Sequence record: PX655591.1
Origin: a phage
Direction: 5' to 3' (one strand)
DNA length: 38,819 bases
Position numbers and translations under genes: made by a program. Below the pieces are notes generated by a model, which saw only the letters and a list, made by a program, of their open reading frames with translations, did no database searches and was not told the origin of the DNA. Positions 35,974 to 38,819 of the stretch are shown here, in pieces; position 1 is the stretch's first letter, and each line of letters opens with the position of its first letter.

Positions 35974-36359
35974 TGCTAACCGACTTTACGTACTCAGATG
36001 GGAAGTTGTTCAGGAAGGGACGCGAAGTCGGCTCAATGGACAACCACGGGTATCTACGGACTACGGTCAACTACCGTAAGTATCTCGTACACCGTCTAAT
36101 CTACAAGCTACACAACCCTGAGTTCGACCTTGAGTCAGACCTCGTGATTGACCACATCAATCGCGACCGAACAGACAACAGGATTGAAAATCTTCGGGCT
36201 GTGACTAAGGCTGAAAACAACAGGAACAGGGACCTACCGAGAGGCGTGTCTTATTGCAAACAGACCGGGAAGTGGAAGGCTATCCAACCTCGCTGGCTCG
36301 GTCGATTTGATACTGAACAGGAGGCCATAGATGCAGTTAGCGCCGCAAGAGAGGAATGA
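35973..36359 (+). CDS. Free-standing HNH endonuclease with AP2-like DNA-binding domain, 128 aa
   Basis: [31 protein letters not shown] motif; [30 protein letters not shown]2-like; inserted between 18.5 and 19. Confidence 0.8.
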   Translation: MLTDFTYSDGKLFRKGREVGSMDNHGYLRTTVNYRKYLVHRLIYKLHNPEFDLESDLVIDHINRDRTDNRIENLRAVTKAENNRNRDLPRGVSYCKQTGKWKAIQPRWLGRFDTEQEAIDAVSAAREE

Positions 36360-38094
36360 GGCAGTAACCAATCGGATGAAAGAAGACTTCGTGTTCTTCT
36401 TATTTGTCCTCTGGAAAGCACTTAGCCTCCCAGTACCAACCAGATGCCAGATAGATATCGCCCGTAAGCTCTCCGCTGGGGACAACAGGCGCTTCATCCT
36501 ACAGGCGTTCCGTGGTATCGGGAAGTCCTTCATTACGTGTGCATTCGTTGTCTGGAAGCTATGGAACAACCCAGACTTGAAGTTCATGATTGTGTCGGCC
36601 TCAAAGGAACGAGCTGATGCTAACTCCACCTTCATCAAGCGAATCATCGACCTCATGCCTCAGCTTCAGGAACTCAAACCTAAGCAGGGACAGCGAGATG
36701 CGGTTATCAGCTTCGACGTTGGACCAGCCAAGCCAGACCACTCACCTTCGGTTAAGTCCGTTGGCATCACTGGCCAGTTGACTGGTAGTCGTGCTGACAT
36801 CCTGATTGCCGATGACGTGGAGGTTCCGAACAACTCAGCGACTCAGGCCGCACGAGACCGTCTGTCAGAGCTTGTGAAAGAGTTCGACGCTATCCTGAAG
36901 CCGGGAGGTACAATCATCTATCTGGGTACTCCTCAGACCGAGATGACCTTGTATCGTGAGCTGGAAGGTCGTGGATATACCACTACTATCTGGCCAGCCC
37001 GCTACCCACGCGATAAGAAGGACTGGCAGTCTTACGGCGACCGTCTGGCTCCTATGCTTCAGGCAGATCTTGAAGAGGACCCTGAGTCCTTCTACTGGCG
37101 TCCGACCGATGAAGTTCGATTCGATGATACGGACCTGAAGGAACGTGAGCTGTCCTATGCTAAAACTGGCTTCGCTCTACAGTTCATGCTTAACCCGAAC
37201 CTGAGTGATGCTGAGAAGTACCCTCTGAAGCTACGTGACCTTATCGTAGCAGACTTGGACCCAGCATCCAGCCCAATGGTCTACCAATGGTTGCCTAACC
37301 CTCAGAACAAGCGTGAGGACGTTCCTAACGTTGGACTTATGGGTGACTCATACCACACGTATCAGACTGTAGGTTCTGCCTTCAGTTCGTACACCCAGAA
37401 GATTCTGGTCATTGACCCTAGTGGTCGTGGTAAGGATGAAACTGGCTATGCTGTACTGTACCAGCTCAACGGCTACATCTTCGCTATGGAAGTTGGTGGT
37501 ATGCGTGGTGGTTATGAGGACTCTACGCTGGAAGCTCTGGCTAAGATTGGTCGTAAGTGGAAGGTCAACGAATACGTCATTGAGGGTAACTTCGGTGATG
37601 GTATGTACCTTGAGCTATTCAAGCCTGTAGCGGCCCGTATCCATCCTGCGGCTGTAACTGAAGTGAAGAGTAAGGGTCAGAAAGAACTACGAATCTGTGA
37701 CGTTCTGGAGCCTATCATGGGGTCTCACCGCCTTATCGTGAACGCTGCTGCTATCGTCCAAGACTATCAGACAGCCTCTGATAAGGATGGTGTTCGTAAC
37801 CCTATCTACTCTCTCTTCTACCAGATGACCCGTATCTCTCGTGAACGGGGAGCCTTGGCACACGATGACCGACTTGATGCTCTGGCTATCGGTGTACAGT
37901 TCTTCGTTGAGTCTATGGCTAAGGATGCCAACAAAGGCGAACGTGAAGTCACTGAGGAGTGGCTGGAGGAACAGATGGAGAACCCACGGAAAGGCTTCGA
38001 GTCCATCCACACTGAGTTCTGGGACAATGGGGTCCGGGTGACTCACGATACGGACTACGAGCTGGGACTCGGGTCGTACGTTACGTTCCACTAG
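36331..38094 (+). CDS. Terminase large subunit (gene 19-like), 587 aa
   Basis: Extensive recalled identity to T7 gp19 ([59 protein letters not shown]); RBS AGGAGG. Confidence 0.97.
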   Translation: MQLAPQERNEAVTNRMKEDFVFFLFVLWKALSLPVPTRCQIDIARKLSAGDNRRFILQAFRGIGKSFITCAFVVWKLWNNPDLKFMIVSASKERADANSTFIKRIIDLMPQLQELKPKQGQRDAVISFDVGPAKPDHSPSVKSVGITGQLTGSRADILIADDVEVPNNSATQAARDRLSELVKEFDAILKPGGTIIYLGTPQTEMTLYRELEGRGYTTTIWPARYPRDKKDWQSYGDRLAPMLQADLEEDPESFYWRPTDEVRFDDTDLKERELSYAKTGFALQFMLNPNLSDAEKYPLKLRDLIVADLDPASSPMVYQWLPNPQNKREDVPNVGLMGDSYHTYQTVGSAFSSYTQKILVIDPSGRGKDETGYAVLYQLNGYIFAMEVGGMRGGYEDSTLEALAKIGRKWKVNEYVIEGNFGDGMYLELFKPVAARIHPAAVTEVKSKGQKELRICDVLEPIMGSHRLIVNAAAIVQDYQTASDKDGVRNPIYSLFYQMTRISRERGALAHDDRLDALAIGVQFFVESMAKDANKGEREVTEEWLEEQMENPRKGFESIHTEFWDNGVRVTHDTDYELGLGSYVTFH

Positions 38095-38188
38095 CTGAAT
38101 GAATAATTATAGGTGAAAGCTGCATGAATACGCGGTTAGTAACCTATAGTTACTACCAGTCTAACCTACTGTTTTACAAGGAGTTTGG

Positions 38189-38211
38189 ACTTAACTATCA
38201 CTATAGGGAAG
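38189..38211 (+). promoter_or_regulatory. Phage RNAP promoter near the right end (ACTTAACTATCACTATAGGGAAG), phiOR-like
   Basis: Conserved 23-mer after the terminase gene. Confidence 0.8.
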
Positions 38212-38391
38212 ACCCCCGGTTACTTATAGTATTACTGTAGTGAATATACATATGCAGACTTTATGCAAGACCTTAGGAGGCAGACTCCGAGTTCTTACCT
38301 AAGGCTTGCACCGATGGAAGGAGGGTGATAGTAATCATAATCCCTCCAATACAGATAGTCACCGACCATAGATACAGGAGGTATGTAGCAT

Positions 38392-38550
38392 ATGGCAAAG
38401 ACCAAAGCTGTACTTAAAGCTCTGGCGACCAATCGAGCTACATACAGGTTTCTTGCTGCTGTTCTACTTGCTGCTGGCGTTACTGCTGGAAGTCAGTGGG
38501 TCGGGTGGGTCGAGACTCTCGTATGTTCTCTGGTGTCTGAGTGTTATTAA
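38392..38550 (+). CDS. Gene 19.5-like small hydrophobic protein, 52 aa
   Basis: Hand translation (MAKTKAVLKALATNRATYRFLAAVLLAAGV...); RBS CAGGAGG about 9 nt upstream; assigned by position. Confidence 0.4.
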   Translation: MAKTKAVLKALATNRATYRFLAAVLLAAGVTAGSQWVGWVETLVCSLVSECY

Positions 38551-38583
38551 CGCCGTAATGATAACAATCAACGAACGTAAGAC

Positions 38584-38624
38584 CTAAGGTCAGTTCATAG
38601 CTGACGCTACTCTACTGACCTTAG
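38584..38624 (+). repeat. Inverted repeat with 11-bp arms (CTAAGGTCAGT / ACTGACCTTAG) and 19-nt loop
   Basis: Read from sequence; no U-tract follows, so not a classic intrinsic terminator. Confidence 0.6.
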
Positions 38625-38710
38625 CTACTGTAGTCAAGGACTTTAGGTAACACCTTAAGAGAAGCTCACTTAGGGTCATCCTACTTATTGGTCTATCCTA
38701 GTGTCGCCTG

Positions 38711-38751
38711 ACCTACGGTCCTTGACCTACAGTGGCTGTGGCCTACAGTAG
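38711..38751 (+). repeat. Right-end short direct repeats (ACCTACGGT, ACCTACAGT, CCTACAGT)
   Basis: Same CCTACAG family as the left-end array; analogous to T7 end-proximal repeats. Confidence 0.5.
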
Positions 38752-38785
38752 TGACGATGAGTTTTGGACCAAAAGTTTGAGAACA

Positions 38786-38819
38786 CATCTCACAGTTCAA
38801 GAACCTCAAGTCTCCCCCA
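38786..38819 (+). other. Probable true genome left terminus / start of terminal repeat (TCTCACAGTTCAAGAACC...CCCCCA, continuing into window position 1)
   Basis: Window end joined to window start reads TCTCACAGT...CCCCCATAGG, resembling the recalled first bases of the T7 genome (TCTCACAGTGTACGG...CCCCCATAGGGGG). Confidence 0.55.

Overview
The window reads as a complete, T7-like podophage genome (Autographiviridae-type organisation), with every supported gene on the + strand in the canonical T7 order. Protein identities rest on my recollection of T7 protein sequences and on gene order; no database search was run. Early region: Ocr-like gene 0.3 and a chain of small ORFs. Middle region: single-subunit RNA polymerase, genes 1.1/1.2, ligase, gp2, SSB, endonuclease I, amidase/lysozyme, primase-helicase, DNA polymerase, exonuclease. 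Late region: portal, scaffold, capsid, tail tube, internal core proteins, tail fibre, holin, terminase subunits and Rz/Rz1. Eleven copies of a conserved 23-mer phage promoter (CCTAAACTATCACTATAGG-like) sit in intergenic positions, with T7-like TE and Tphi terminators and three copies of a conserved RNase III-type hairpin. The most notable departures from T7 are: (1) the DNA polymerase gene is split at the motif C codons by a ~598-nt group I intron that carries an HNH endonuclease ORF; (2) two further free-standing HNH endonuclease genes lie between genes 15/16 and 18.5/19; (3) an uncharacterised 156-aa ORF is inserted between endonuclease I and lysozyme; (4) the early region has an Ocr-like protein with a C-terminal extension, a run of small coupled ORFs and no gene 0.7 kinase; (5) gp16 and the tail fibre carry non-T7 domains. 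The window appears to be linearised about 34 nt inside the terminal repeat. I found no CRISPR array, tRNA, rRNA, integrase or transposase.
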